A stretch of DNA of 63,904 bases, filler included, from Platydemus manokwari (taxonomy: Eukaryota), in NCBI GenBank assembly GCA_037951405.1. It is 5 parts of 5 records of this genome, joined end to end, with 100 filler letters (N's around TTAATTAATTAA, not from the genome) between each part and the next. Parts side by side here need not be neighbours in the genome. Positions count along the whole stretch, not along the records: positions 41,178 to 54,668 come from JBBMOY011705844.1; 4 more parts are not named here. The stretch is one strand, 5' to 3'. The number at the start of each line of letters is the position of its first letter. The stretch's first letter is position 1. Of this stretch, positions 41,256 to 54,768 are shown one piece after another. The notes under the pieces are model-generated. The model ran no database searches. It was not told where the DNA came from and saw nothing but the letters and a program-made list of their open reading frames with translations. The translations under genes and the position numbers were made by a program.

Positions 41256-44200
41256 GTCATCTTGCTCGCAATATTCTTCTCTTTAATATTTAAAAAGTCT
41301 AGCAAGATAAATAACATTGAATTCATTGATGAAGAAGAAGAACTGATGAATGAGTTAGGAAAGAGGAATGGACTTTCACGAAATGAAGAATATTTGCACA
41401 ACGAATTATGTAAGATAATTAATAGTTTTAAATTTAACAATATTTCATTTTCAGATACTGCACCGATGAGACCGCGTCGATATTTCGTTCAGCCACCACC
41501 GAAAGAAGAATTGGAAAAGGCCAGAGAACTTCGATTAAAGGAATTGCAAATGTTCGACATATTTCGAGAAATCATATTTTACATCATATTTTTCTGCACA
41601 CTGGTATTCATCACTTACAGTTTCCGTGATCCGAATTCTTTTAATTTAAAGAACGAACTTACAAGAACGTTTATAACACCAGTCAATCAGGAATGGCAGT
41701 TTACCGGAGTAAGACATATTCTCTTTATTCTATGCACGAGTCAGTATTCTCATTTCACGATGATATTCAAAATAGCACCTCAATTTCCGAGATTGAAATA
41801 TAGAGCATGTGATTATAAAAGTGGATTATCAAATCTTAATTTGCGAAAATCTCATTGGATTGTATAATACTGGCTCGAAACATTATAAAATAACGATTAT
41901 TTAAAACTTAATAATCAATAATATCAAATCCATTAATGATTTTTATAAAATGTTTTTCAGTGTCCTAAATGGTATTCCAAAGAATTTGTTTTTGTGAGCA
42001 ATTTTTATTGATTCTTAAAAGCTTAAAATAAATTTGGCATTATAATGGCCGTGTTTCCATTTTAAAGGTTGAGTGAACTGAGTTTCGTTTAAAATTGATT
42101 TTATAATCTTTAAGTTTTTATTAAGTATTTTTCATGTAATTTACAAATCTGCTACTGATCAATAGAGGATTACTTTTCTCGTGTATCAGCATAGTGCACA
42201 CATTCATTTATGAGCAACTTGATGATCGTTTGTAAATCATTTAAAATCAATTAATGTTTAGAAATTATAAAATTTAGAAATGTCAGCTTTATTATATATT
42301 ATCAATTCTTGACCATCCTGTTTCTTAAGAATAAGATTCCTTTTATAAGCATTTGTTATCGGATTGGTTATTGAAATATTATTAACGTAGCTTGTGTGTT
42401 ATCGATTATTGATTATTTTTAATTTATTTATGGTTCATTGATACAAAAAAGGACTAAAGTTAAAAAAAGAGGTCTTAAAATAAAGTTACATATTTGTTGA
42501 GTGTATTACAAGAATCTACATAGTTTATTTAATTAAATTCTTTAAAAACAGTTTGAATTTTTTATTTAAGTACTTAAAAAGGATTTTCGTTGTCTTATGT
42601 GAAATATTAAATTGACTAAAGCTTCAAAATCTCCTAAAATTTGATTATTTGAAAAACATATCAAAGTAAGTCAAATTGTAATCGAATGAAAATTTTAATC
42701 ATCAGAAACAAATGGAAGGATTCTCTAAATTTTCACAATTATTTTATAAAAATAAATTATATTATATTGATAAACGTGTTTATAGTTTACTAACTCGATT
42801 TATAATTAAAATAATCTTAATTCGAATTTCAAAAAATCATATAGAAGTATTGTGGTTAGAATAATAAATACTTGGTTTATCGATTATATTTTTTCCCTAT
42901 TTTTAACCATAAAATGCGAGATATGCAAAAAAACCGATTCACATTAAATGACAAGAAAAACCTCAAAAATAAAATAACATATTTCAAAAAATTATTGCTA
43001 TATAAAATATGATTATTTCTTTGATGTCTTCCCCTTTCTTATTTCAAAGTTGAGGTATGACAACACTAAAGGAAAAAATTGCAGGATAAATATAAAAATA
43101 AATAATAAAAGTATTACTTCATGTTTAATTGATGATGGATGAAGCTGGATCAATTTCTTTCAAGTTTTCTTGGTAGTCTCATAGATCTTTCCAAATATTG
43201 GTTATCACCATGGAATTATGAACCATTCCAAGTGCATTGTGAATCCGGATAATCGAAACAATTACATTCAAAATATTGAATCATCATAACATTGTGATTG
43301 TTGTTTTCCTGATATAATTTTGTGGTTTTCCTATTTTTTATAAATCTGAAGTGAAAATATGATAAAAAAATATCATTATGAATAAATTTTGAAATTAAAT
43401 AATACACGAAAACTCATGCATTAATATTACGTCAGATGACTCTTTTTCTTAATTTAAGCCCAAAGACATATTCATAATCGGATTAATTTATCTTAAAAGG
43501 TTTTTGGAAATATTTTGTATTTCTGGATTTTATTATTTTTGATAAATAAAGAAAAAAATTTTTATATTCAACAGATTACCCGAGAAGAGCAGTTCTGGGT
43601 ATGGGCTTTGAATGTACTTGTTCCCGGTCTTCGAGCTCCAGTATGGTACAACAATAAACCGCAATTGTATCAACGAGGTTTCATAAGAAATAGAAATAAC
43701 AGATTGATCGGATATGCCATTATGAGACAGGTCAGAAGCAAGAAAAGTAAGATTTGTTATATTTGGGAAAAAATATTTGGTTTAATTTGATAGACAGCTG
43801 TAAAGTATACGATTATGTCAAACCATTGGTGAAAAACTGCTATTCGGACTACAACATCTTTAGCCAAGACACCGGTAAATATGGACAAAAATGGGAACCT
43901 ATTGGACCAAATGTTACCGTTGCTAAAGAATTCTCCTATGTCGAAGAATCTTCATTGAAAGGAGTTCCTTATATTGGTCGAATCGGGCTTTATTCTGGTG
44001 GTGGATTTGTCTACGAATTCCGCAAGAATATCAGCAACATATTTAAGGATGTCTCCGAACTACGGGATAACAACTGGATTGATTTTCAAACACGTGCTAT
44101 ATTTATCGAATTTACGACATACAATCCTAATATTAATCTATTTGCAATCAATCAATACGTATTAGAATTACCGGGTACTGGAGGAATGTGGCCTGTCTAT

Positions 44201-45313
44201 AGAGTAGAACCAGCTAATTTGCTAGCTCTATATAGTGGTGGCGTGAAAGCATTAGAAGTATTCGCTCAGGTTCTCTATGCAGTATTCATCCTGCTTATGA
44301 TAATTAAGGAAATAAGAAATATTAGGAAACAGAAATGGAAATACTTTTTCGAATTTTGGAATCTTTGTGAAGTTTTTATTATTGTTGGATCGTTTGCTGC
44401 GGTTGCTGGGTTTGTGTATGTCAGGACCGCAACGAATGCATTAACGAGTGAATTTAAAAAATATGGTGGTAATGTGTATCTGAATTTTAACACGGTAGCT
44501 TTTTGGAATGAAAATCTCGGCTATTTGATTTCATTAATCGTCTTTGCATCCACATTGAAGTTTATCCGTTTGCTAAGATTTAATAGACGAATCGGAATGC
44601 TGGGTGCAGTTTTGGCTTATTGTGGAAGAGATTTAAGACAATTCTTTATTATTTTCGCCATCACTTTCCTGGCTTTTGTAATGGTTTTTTATTCTTTATT
44701 TATGGACTCTTTATATCGTTATCATACATTCCTATTCGCTACTGAAGCCAGTATGCAAATCGCTCTGGGTAAATTTGCTTTTCTTGAACTTTATCAGAGA
44801 GAACCGATATTCGGTCCGATTGTGTTTGCTTGTTATGTTCTGTTCATAATTTTCGTCTTGTTGAATATGTTTATTGCTATTTTGAATGAAGGATTCGCAA
44901 TGGTAAAGGCCGATATTGAATTGCAAGGAAACGAGCACGAAATGGTGAAATTTGTGATGACGAAGTTTATTATGTGGAGCGGTATCAATACCACGAAATT
45001 TGGAAAGAAATTCATCAAAACGGGAGTCACCGATCAAATCTACAAAGATATTGATACTCGACAGTTGTCAAGTAAAATCGATGAGTTTCCGGAGAAAATC
45101 GAGCAACTTTTGAATCATATCAACAGAATTATCTGCGATGGCAAGAAGGGAAACAGCAACTCTGAGAAGCAGTTCAATAGCATAGTTTTCGAAAAACCAA
45201 AACCAATAGTTAAAGGAGGAGATGATTATACTGTAACCAGCAGACCAGTATCAGCTGCAAGCAATATTTTGAAAACCAAATCCAGTCCTCAAATGACTCC
45301 CATTGAGAAATGA
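41256..45313 (+). CDS. Polycystin-1 family (PKD1-like) protein, C-terminal TM region plus polycystin/TOP and cation-channel domain, 5'-partial
   Basis: Exons 41256-41409, 41455-41708, 43575-43746 and 43794-45313. Motifs include EIIFYIIF, RLIGYAIMRQVR, YSGGGFV, LRDNNWIDFQTRAIFIEFTTYNPNINLF, KFIRLLRFN and FVLLNMFIAILNEGF. An extra TM segment (VILLAIFFSLIF) upstream of the channel S1 favours PKD1-type over PKD2-type. Confidence 0.88.
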
Positions 45314-45449
45314 AATTTCGTTGAAAAATTACTCGAATAAATGTTGTGACTTTGATATATCGTGAAAACAGTTTACCATAAAATAATCATGCTTGGTTTA
45401 ATTATTAGATTATATTTTGCTTTAATATTTTGCCTGATTTTTACTATCG

Positions 45450-45554
45450 ATATTATTATTATTATTATTATCATTATTGTTATTATTATTATCATTATTA
45501 TTATTATCATTATTATTATTATCATTAATATGATTATCATCATTATTATTATTG

Positions 45555-45600
<46 letters not shown>

Positions 45601-45735
45601 CATTATTATTATTATTATTATTGTTATTATCATTATTATTATCACTGTTACTATCACAGTAATAATAATAATTAATATTATTATCAACATTATTACTACG
45701 GTTTTTAGCATTATTATTATTGTCATTATTATTAC
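45450..45735. repeat. Degenerate (ATT/ATC)n microsatellite
   Basis: Read directly. It explains the poly-Ile ORFs on both strands. Confidence 0.95.
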
Positions 45736-47190
45736 TGTGTTACAAGATTTATTTAAATACAAATTTGCTTGGTTTATTGGATTGATTGTGACCTGCTTGA
45801 GTCTGAAAGCTTTGATTTGTGCTTTTGCACGATCTTACTTTTACTTTCGTTCATCTCGGCTTTTCGTTGTGTAAGAATTGTTTGATTCTATATTGTGTTA
45901 GATAAAATCTATCAAAACACCGGTCGAGTGAAATTGCCAGATTTTTGCCGAATATTCAATATTTGAAATTGCGCATTCTTTGACCAGGTTTTAGATTTTA
46001 TTCTTTGGCACTCCAATTTTTGCCTAAATAGCTTTTGTTGATGCCGGAACTGTACAGAGGTAGCCTATAATGCACGTGAAAAGCTCAATATTGAAATCTG
46101 GTATAATGAATTATATTATTTTTGTTTGACTCCTCGAAGTTTTGTAATATGTCGATCGGACATTTTATATCTAAGATCTTTCTTCGCTCTACATCATTAA
46201 CCAATAAATCGATGCGCTCTTTTCTGCCCGGTAACAGTGATCACATTTGATTCACTACTACAATAATATTTTTTGATCGAAGACAGTTAACAATTTTGTT
46301 CAGGCATGCATCATGGCGAGCAGTTTGTAGCTTTTTGTTTGGGTTGCAGCACTGTAGTACATGTGTCATGGTTTCAGGGAAACTATGACAACGTCGGCAC
46401 TTTTGGCTTTCCTCGTTTGTTTTCCAAGGCGATGCATTAATTGCTAGAGTATTTGTTCTAGCTCGATGAATGAACTTAAACGCAAAATATTTCAGGTCAC
46501 TACGAAAAATCATCTTATTAATTCGTGGAAATAGCTTAATCGTATCTGCAATAAAATTACTGCCTTTACTATCAAGCCATTTTGACGAATAAGATTCCTG
46601 AATCAGTTGATGTAAAACAAGAGACAGTTATTTTCAATTACGAGAGCCAAAGTTGTAAGTTCCGCAAAAATCAGAAGTCATCCTCAAGCAAGTTTAATCT
46701 TTAAAAGATTCAAAAATCAGGCTAATTTTGTGAGTACTTTCAAAGTATTTCGCAGCATTGATAACACGTATCCACCAAGTCTTTTTAAAAGCAGAGTTTA
46801 CTATAGATTTTTTTTACCATTAATTCATTCAAAGCTTTCACCGATTGATGGATTTGTGTTACAAAGCCTTGTAGAAGAAACAAAACAAAGTGAATCAGAG
46901 ATAATTCTCTTTGTTAGTGGGCAATCGGAGTTTAAAAGACGAAATGCTTGAACAATGCACTGAGTGTGATATTCATCAATCAATCCAATAAGTCCGACAC
47001 CTCCATTTACTATCGATGAATAAAGATATCAGTTTTCAGCTTGATTTGGTAAATGAAGTAATTGCTCCATGTAAGCTTGTATTTTACTACTTTTCTATTT
47101 CAGTGACGAAATTTTGATTTCTATGCTTTTAAACACATATACAAGTCTAGAGTGCAAGAAAATTCTAGACGATTTAAGCTTTTGAATGTA
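45736..47190 (-). mobile_element. 5'-truncated, decayed RLE-type non-LTR retrotransposon (R2/NeSL/R4-like group)
   Basis: The minus strand shows, in order: post-RT YLYSSIVNGGVGL, then FIHRARTNTL, CCHC knuckle CRRC...ETMTHVLQCC, RHD motif, RIDL...ILDIKCP endonuclease motif, C-terminal SAKIWQFH, and about 170 nt of 3' UTR with AATAAA. Confidence 0.85.
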
Positions 47191-47659
47191 TTATTATAAA
47201 TGTAATTATATTATTATCTTTGGTCTTTAACTCATTATATGAAAACAAAATAAAAACATTTCTTACTTTTAGTGTAAAAAATATTTTGATTTCAAACATT
47301 ATTTTGATTTTGATTTTAATTTATTAATTTATTAATTTAATTTTTAATTTTAACCATTAATTCTATATTATTTTTTTAATGTGACATATTACACTATAAC
47401 TTATTATAAAAAATCGAAGATCTTGTGAATTTTTATTCATTAAATAATTTCCAATTTTTGTCATAATTTGACAATCTAATACGCTATTTAGTGGCGTTCT
47501 CACTGGATCTCAGGAGAGATATTGCGAAAATCAAACCAGGATAGTCAGTTGAATTACCCACATTTGTGGTTGCTGTTCTCGGTAGATGGTAACCCGCTAT
47601 CGAAATGGTTCTGCGAAAACTGGAGTTCAAAAGCGAGGCAAACTAAACAATAGCTTACA

Positions 47660-48450
47660 ATTCAAAAACTAGTTTTTACTAACTCATTTAGATAAAATTT
47701 TACAAGAATCTTTTCCCAATTTAAATCTATTATTTTAAAAGTTATAGGTGTAGTTTTGCAAACTTATTTAATAATAAAGATTTCTTTGGAATATTTCGTG
47801 GTATAACCTTTTTCAAATATATTTTTATATTTAAAATTTCTTATACAATCTAAACCTCTAAATTTGAGTTTTGATTTTAAATTATTGCCCGAAGAGGTTT
47901 ATGAAGAACCTTCATTTTCATTTTTAAGTTTTCCAATTATTTCTTTAACAATGTCAGCATTTTCACTAAATTCAACTGGATTTATACCAATACTAGAACG
48001 AATTATATTATTATATTTATTTAACTCATTCTGTAATAAATTATTATCCCATTTTTGATCTTCAAGAGCTGTAAATTGTTTCCACGGTATATTTTTCAAG
48101 GTTCTACTAAATCATTCAGCAAAAACTGACTCGCCTTCATTTTCTGTATGATATAAAATAATATTATTTTCATCACAAAATTTTCTAACATGCTTACTTC
48201 TTTATCAAACCAAATATATTTCAAATTCTTCTATCTCGTTCAAAATAATTTTAAAATGCTTCAAATAAAGTCTCTTATTTTTTATATTTCAAAGTAATAC
48301 GCCATCCATATTTTGTAAATAAATCAATAACTTGTGGAAATTGGTGGAATATTTAAATTTCCTGTTTCATTATAATTATTAATATCAATCAGGTATTCAT
48401 CGTCATCCAATTGCTGTCCTTTAAATATTGCATGACGTTTTATTCGCTAT
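47660..48450 (-). mobile_element. Maverick/Polinton integrase relic
   Basis: Frameshifted fragments VIDLFTKYGW, KYNNIIRSSIGINP and IFEKGYTTKYSKEIFII...PITFKIIDLNWEKILVKFYLNELV match the Polinton c-integrase pattern (VIDvFSKyaW; YNns.HrsI...P; FeKGY...ws.EiF...PitY.l.Dl.ge.i.g.FY..EL). Confidence 0.8.
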
Positions 48451-51353
48451 TCGTGACCATCTTCTACGTTTCATCTGATTTTGACTACATAGGTACAATA
48501 ATGAGATTCCTTATAATGTTTTATTATAATTATCATTATATGCATAAGCGCTTCCATCCTCTTGAAATACCCTGATATATACTCCATACTTTGATAATGG
48601 GACAATTGAACTAAAGTATTGGAGAATATTATTAACGTATCAGCGGTAAAGATTAGCTCAATTTTCGTATGAAAGTGATTGCTGATTTGTAACAAAACTT
48701 CTTTCATTTGATATAAGTAAATATAGTTGAAATAAAAAAATTGTGAGTACTTTCGGTTCGATTGAAACCGTATTTAAAAGAGTCAGATAAAATATACCAG
48801 CCATAAATAAATTCCGTTCATTATAAAGAGATAATGATATATTCTTTTATCCATTGATCATAACCCATTATTTTCTATTTAGTAAAAATAAAAACCCACC
48901 TGAGCCATTGTTGGTTGGCTAATTGGTTTTATGCAATATATTAATATGTATTGTCTTTACAAGGAGACATCATTAAGCTCTGATGCTGATCAGTCACTCT
49001 AGCCTTATTATTTCAAATGAGATTTAGATGTTCGTTTATTCAGAAGTCTCTTATCACCGTATTCGTACTAAATAACTTTTGACGAGAAATATTTTCTAAA
49101 GTTTTCGGAATTACTTGAAACGATAACTTCTATCTATATAAAATCGATAATATCTAATTCATCACACAAGAAATTGTAAAATGGTAAGTGTGAAGCACAT
49201 TTTATCAGAATTTATCTTGATTTTTAATTAATAGTACAAATGACTTAGAGAATTTTCTTTGCGGTATGAAGAAATAGAAATCTCAAGAAAATATTTTTTT
49301 AAATAATATTTTAAGATTGCTTATTTCTTTATGCGCTATTCCATCTTGCCTATTTACCGATGTGGGAAGATTATATATGTATGTATCGGGGATCTTATTA
49401 ATCAAATCTAATTATGATTACCAACTGTGAGCATTAATTTTAATTAAATGATAATAATTTCAAAATTTCAAAATAATTTTTAAATTAATTTTAAAATCAT
49501 TATTTTAAAGATTATTTTAAATAATAAGATAATAAATTTAAAAAATAGTGTTTTAAAATTTATTATATAAAATAAGATAATTTAAAGTTATTTTAATATT
49601 GTTGTATATAGACCTGATTAAGATTGATTTTGAAACTTTCCGGAATTATAATTTGTTTAAAAATTTAAATTAAGTGTTATAAGGAAATAAATTTTAAGAA
49701 AATGAGATCTTCTGTTGAAACATCAATTAAAAGCGAAGTAGGCGCTACTAACACCAACTAAATGAAAACACTGCAGTATGCTCTACACCAATTGACATAC
49801 CAAATGAAAATATCATAAATAAATCATCAAAACAGGATTACCTAGTGACAAAATTCTGAAAAAATTACCACAAAATCTATTTTCGGCTGTTTCAAGAATA
49901 TTTCGAACTATCACCTGCAGTTGCTAGTTGATAAAATTTCTTCGGTTTTAATTTCCAAATTCAAAGAGACATTTTCAACCGAACAATTATAAATTTCATC
50001 AATTTTCAAACAAATTTTAAAATTTATTCCCATCTTCTTTGTTTAATTCCAATAAAAATGCTCATTTTTATATTGATTGAAAAATTTTTCAATTTTACTT
50101 TTACTAATTTTAATAATTTTGAAAATTGTGAGATAAACAGCAAAAATTTAAAGCAAGATCCATATGGTATATTTATTTTTAAAATATTTTTTTAAATACC
50201 TTTTAACACAAATTTTTATAATTTTAATCCCATGTAAATTTTAAGTTTTTTTTATCATATTTTTAAATAAATCTCACGGTAGTAATGAACAACTCTCCTT
50301 ACACTTACGCTTGAACCTAACCTTATATAATAAGTGGAAATCATTTCTTACTTCTCATTGTTCTGTTGAAACCCTTTTTTTAGTGTCTTCATTTATGTTT
50401 AGAACTTCCATTTATGGATATGAATCTTTAATTTCTATATAATTCCATATAAAACCACATGCTCTAATTAAAAATTTATCGTTACTAAACTAAATAATTT
50501 AATTACATGGAAAATATGTAGATAAAAATACAAATTACCGCTAATTTAGTGATTGGTTTTTCTCAGAATTAATTTAATAATTTGATGTCGAAATAATCCT
50601 TAATTATTTATTCCGCTATACACTAGGCTCATTTATGTGTAAAATTATTGATTATTAGATTGTCAATGCAATAAAACTATAATAATGAACTAAATTATTA
50701 TTTTATTCGATAACATGCAGGATTTAAAACAGTCCCAAATTGGGAGTTCATTTATCATTTATACACATTATTGGTATTTTTAAGGATGAATTGTATTTTT
50801 AACTTTAATTATGTAAATAAAACAGACAAATTAAACGAAATATAACGTTGCTCGATTGGTTTCTTAAATTTGAAATATCGATTAAAACGAATTTTAAAAT
50901 CAGTGTAAGATGAGAACCTTTAGAAAATGGTAAATGGTGCCCCATTTAAAAGACTCAAAACCTTCTTAATTAAGATGGCAATAGTGAGAACAATTGTATT
51001 AAAGAATTAACTAAAAATCTAATATAAATCTAATAATCGCAAAGTACCAGACGTAACGGGATGAGTTGAAAATATTCCCATACATAAATTAATAATTTTT
51101 CGACCTAATTGCATTCATATTTGATGTGAACATCTGTTCCTATTGCGATTACTTTAATGTTTTGAATTTTGCAAATTGATACATTATCGCTAATGACTAG
51201 TTCGATCAGATTGATAAAAATGGAATTTATCAATATCAATATTGAACATTGACCAATTACAACAATCAATGATGAGAGGTTCATAAAATTATCAGTCGAA
51301 CATTTGAATATTCATAAACTCAGTAATAGTGGACACGTTGACTTTTGAATAAA

Positions 51354-51836
51354 ATGGAAATTGCTAACGAACCAGCCACCAACCCACAATCGGAAACAAC
51401 ACCGAAGAATATGAAAAATTATTTAACGTTTGGCATTACTTTCATCGCTATTGGGGTTCATTTTTTATTTAATTTTATAGATTATATTTTAGTGGACGAT
51501 ATCAATTTCTATTTTTTGAATTTGCGATCGGTCACGTTGATTGTCATTGGTGTGTTCACTATTTGCTGCTCATTTAAAACTGAGATCCGATTTCTGATTC
51601 CTATCATTATATTGTCAATTCTATCCCTCATCTTAACATATATGAACATTTCCTATTTCATCAGTGATATCATTCAATTAAAGATAATAACTGATTCTCT
51701 TCATGGTAGCTATACATTGATAATGCCAATAACATTCCAATTTCTAATTACATTCTATTTGATTTACCATTTTGTATTCATCGCTAAAGATCTCACTGCA
51801 ATTCAAAGAAATTCCATTCGAAATCGAATAAACTAA
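51354..51836 (+). CDS. Intronless orphan protein of about 160 aa with about four hydrophobic segments
   Basis: ATG at 51354, open to TAA at 51836. There are four predicted TM stretches, and a near-identical paralog lies at 54465. Confidence 0.65.
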   Translation: MEIANEPATNPQSETTPKNMKNYLTFGITFIAIGVHFLFNFIDYILVDDINFYFLNLRSVTLIVIGVFTICCSFKTEIRFLIPIIILSILSLILTYMNISYFISDIIQLKIITDSLHGSYTLIMPITFQFLITFYLIYHFVFIAKDLTAIQRNSIRNRIN

Positions 51837-53305
51837 TCAATAACTATTACATAATGAGTTGCTAATTGAGCAAATCAATATATTCAATGAATTTGATGAA
51901 TTATTTTTTAATTTGATTGATTAATTAATTATTTGTTGAATCAATTGATTGAATTTATTAAAAATATATTTTGATTTTTCGCGCTTTATTTTTGATTATA
52001 AATCTGTGTTTTATAAATATTTATAACGCATTATTAATGATATTTTAAGAAATATAATATTGATTTTGAGAGTTGGGGTTTAACCATGTTTACACACGAT
52101 GATTTCCCAAATACCATTTCAGTCCTTTTGATTGATCAACATAATGGTGTATTCAAAATCACTTCAAAACATTTACGAGACCCTTATTAATGGCAAGCTA
52201 AAATAAGAGAATATAAGTTCACTGCTATGGATAAGGACATTCTGTCTTTGATTTTTGAGTGCTTATCATATCCTGTGTGATAGACCATCGATGATTTGAA
52301 AAGATGTTTAACAGTAACCATTTGTGACTGAGTTTGTGACATTTTAGTTAATATAATTTTCAGATTTAATTGTTGATTAACTCCCAAGATAAAGTTCAGT
52401 GTTGGGTGTGCGTGTCACTTTTAATCTTGATTTTAAAATTAAATATTTGGTGGATTTATTTATATTTTATGTAAAAATTATTCTGATGAAAAGTAATTGA
52501 AGATAAATAAATAAAATACAATGCAATCAATAAGTAACAATCAATTATTTTTGAATAATAAAATATGGAGAAATCACAATGTGCAAAATAAATAAGCGGT
52601 GGCATAAAATATCACCAAAAACACCAACTTTTAACAATCTCGTTTAAAAATTGCACAAACAAGTTCGTCCGAATTGGAGTTGTAAAAGTATGATCTGGAA
52701 ACAAGTTTTAATATTACTTGATAATTATCACTTTTCTTTGTGAAGTGCTCAACTTATGATGTCATTCAAATAGGAGTTGTCGATTGTAGAGCAAAACTGC
52801 TTATAAACAACTGAATAATCACAAACTTCATAAGTCGATGGCTATGACTTCATTTCCAACCTGAATACTGATTAGTACCACTTACAAAAGTACACCAACA
52901 CTACTACTACTTGACTTCCGACTGGCAGTTTGCCATCTTTATATCGGTATTTATACTCGAGATCTGTGTGTAATTTTTGTGCCATGTATGGTATCACATT
53001 TTGATTCTATCTTTGATTTTCCATGTTCCTATTGAGCTTATTAGTTTTTGAAAGAGTGGGATTGGTCAATCCTTCGGTGTGTATTGTTGTTGTATGGCTG
53101 TGTCCCTTTTTCCAGTTGTCGTTTACATTCTAGCTCTGCGGTTATTGGTTGGTTGCTATTCATGTATGGTTGTGGAGGTATTCAAAGGTCTAATTACTAA
53201 AATAAAGGTTTCAAAGTGCAACTTCGTTTTACTTTGCAGAATCTCATCTCAATCTAAAAAAACTGTGATTATCTTAAATTTTTCTCTTAGAATTTAATAA
53301 AGAAG

Positions 53306-53364
53306 TTATTTATTACTAATTTATTTATTACTAATTTATTTATTACTAATTTATTTATTATTAA
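53306..53364. repeat. 15-bp tandem repeat (TTATTTATTACTAAT) x about 4
   Basis: Read directly. Confidence 0.85.
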
Positions 53365-54464
53365 AAATATATTTTAAAGAAGAGATTTGACATTTTTAAT
53401 TTATCGACATTTTTTAAGAAATGTAAAAATCATTCCATAAAAGCTATTCACATAAAAATTAAAGATTATATTTTTTCACATTTTCACAATTATTCTTTAA
53501 TACATAAAATTGTTATTCAATAAAATTATTGGCGGAAATTGTGAAATAAAAATTCAATACTTTTGTACATTAATATGTGAATAAAAATTAAACAACGTTG
53601 AAAACAAGATCAATCAATAGTCTTGAGTTATTGATGATTCTGAAGCCTCAACAAGAAAGTGACAAATGAATGCGTGATCTTATTTATTGGGTTATCAATC
53701 AACAAATTAGATAGGAAAATGTGTATTAACTAAAATATTACACTCAAAGTCGTAACAACAACAGCAAATCTTTTCGCAATTCACAAAGAAAATCACCGAA
53801 AACGGGATCAGCGTCCGAAAGTCAAAAACAGAATGAAAAATAATCAAAAATACCGATTACTAAAATCACACATAAGCTAAGAACTTAAGTTACCGACCAA
53901 AAAAGATTGGTCATTGTTATGAAAAATGGGTTCTTTCATAATATTCCTAAACACATTATTACATTGATTTATTTAAACAAATTCTTCTGGAATATTCTAT
54001 TAATTTTTATTTTTTTTTATTTAAGCAAATTATTAATGATTTTCTTGAGAATATTTCTAAGTATATTTATTTCGAATTTTTTAATTATTTTTTAAAACTT
54101 TACTTTCTTGCCTTCTAGACATTATCAATGAGTCCAATATTAAACGAAACCAATGACTATTTCATTTGTTTTTACATAGTATTTTAATAGACGATTGAAG
54201 AATTTTTAAAAACGAAAACTAAAATAATAAAATAAAAATAATTTAGAAAATGCACATGTCAATTAAAAAGATGATATTCGGATTTCTTTGAAATATCGAC
54301 ATTAGCTCTATAATCATATCACAACATAATTGATGTTTAGTTAACGATAAACATCTATGACTGCCAAAATTTTGCTTAAACTCAACACAGAACCCGTTTG
54401 ATATTTATTGACAGAATCGATTTTACTATAAACAACGATTTATAATTGAATTCAAAATAAATAA

Positions 54465-54668
54465 ATGACGATTCCAAACAGTGATGGAATGGACAATGTT
54501 ATCCCACCCGCCACCAACTCACAATCGGAAACAACACCGAAGAATATGAAAAATTATTTAACGTTTGGCATTACTTTAATCGCTATCGGAATTCATTTTT
54601 TATTTAATTTTATAGATTATATTTTAGTGGACGATATCAATTTCTATTTTTTGAATTTGCGATCGGTC
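54465..54668 (+). CDS. Second copy of the four-TM orphan gene, truncated by a gap
   Basis: Nearly identical to 51375-51533 from GCCACCAAC onward, but with a different N-terminus (MTIPNSDGMDNVIPP). Confidence 0.6.
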
Positions 54669-54768
54669 NNNNNNNNNNNNNNNNNNNNNNNNNNNNNNNN
54701 NNNNNNNNNNNNTTAATTAATTAANNNNNNNNNNNNNNNNNNNNNNNNNNNNNNNNNNNNNNNNNNNN
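54669..54768. other. Assembly spacer
   Basis: N44-TTAATTAATTAA-N44. Confidence 0.97.

Noticed and set aside
44275-45037. Antisense and alternative-frame ORFs over polycystin, ATP9, TRF2-like and PKA-R exons
   Set aside because: They are shadow ORFs of real coding exons with no independent motifs.
45362-45874. Poly-Ile ORFs on both strands (170 aa and 129 aa)
   Set aside because: They are translations of the (ATT/ATC)n microsatellite.
52680-53150. Possible Penelope GIY-YIG relic on the minus strand
   Set aside because: Only vague similarity (VIPY..., VVY-like) is present, too degraded to support.
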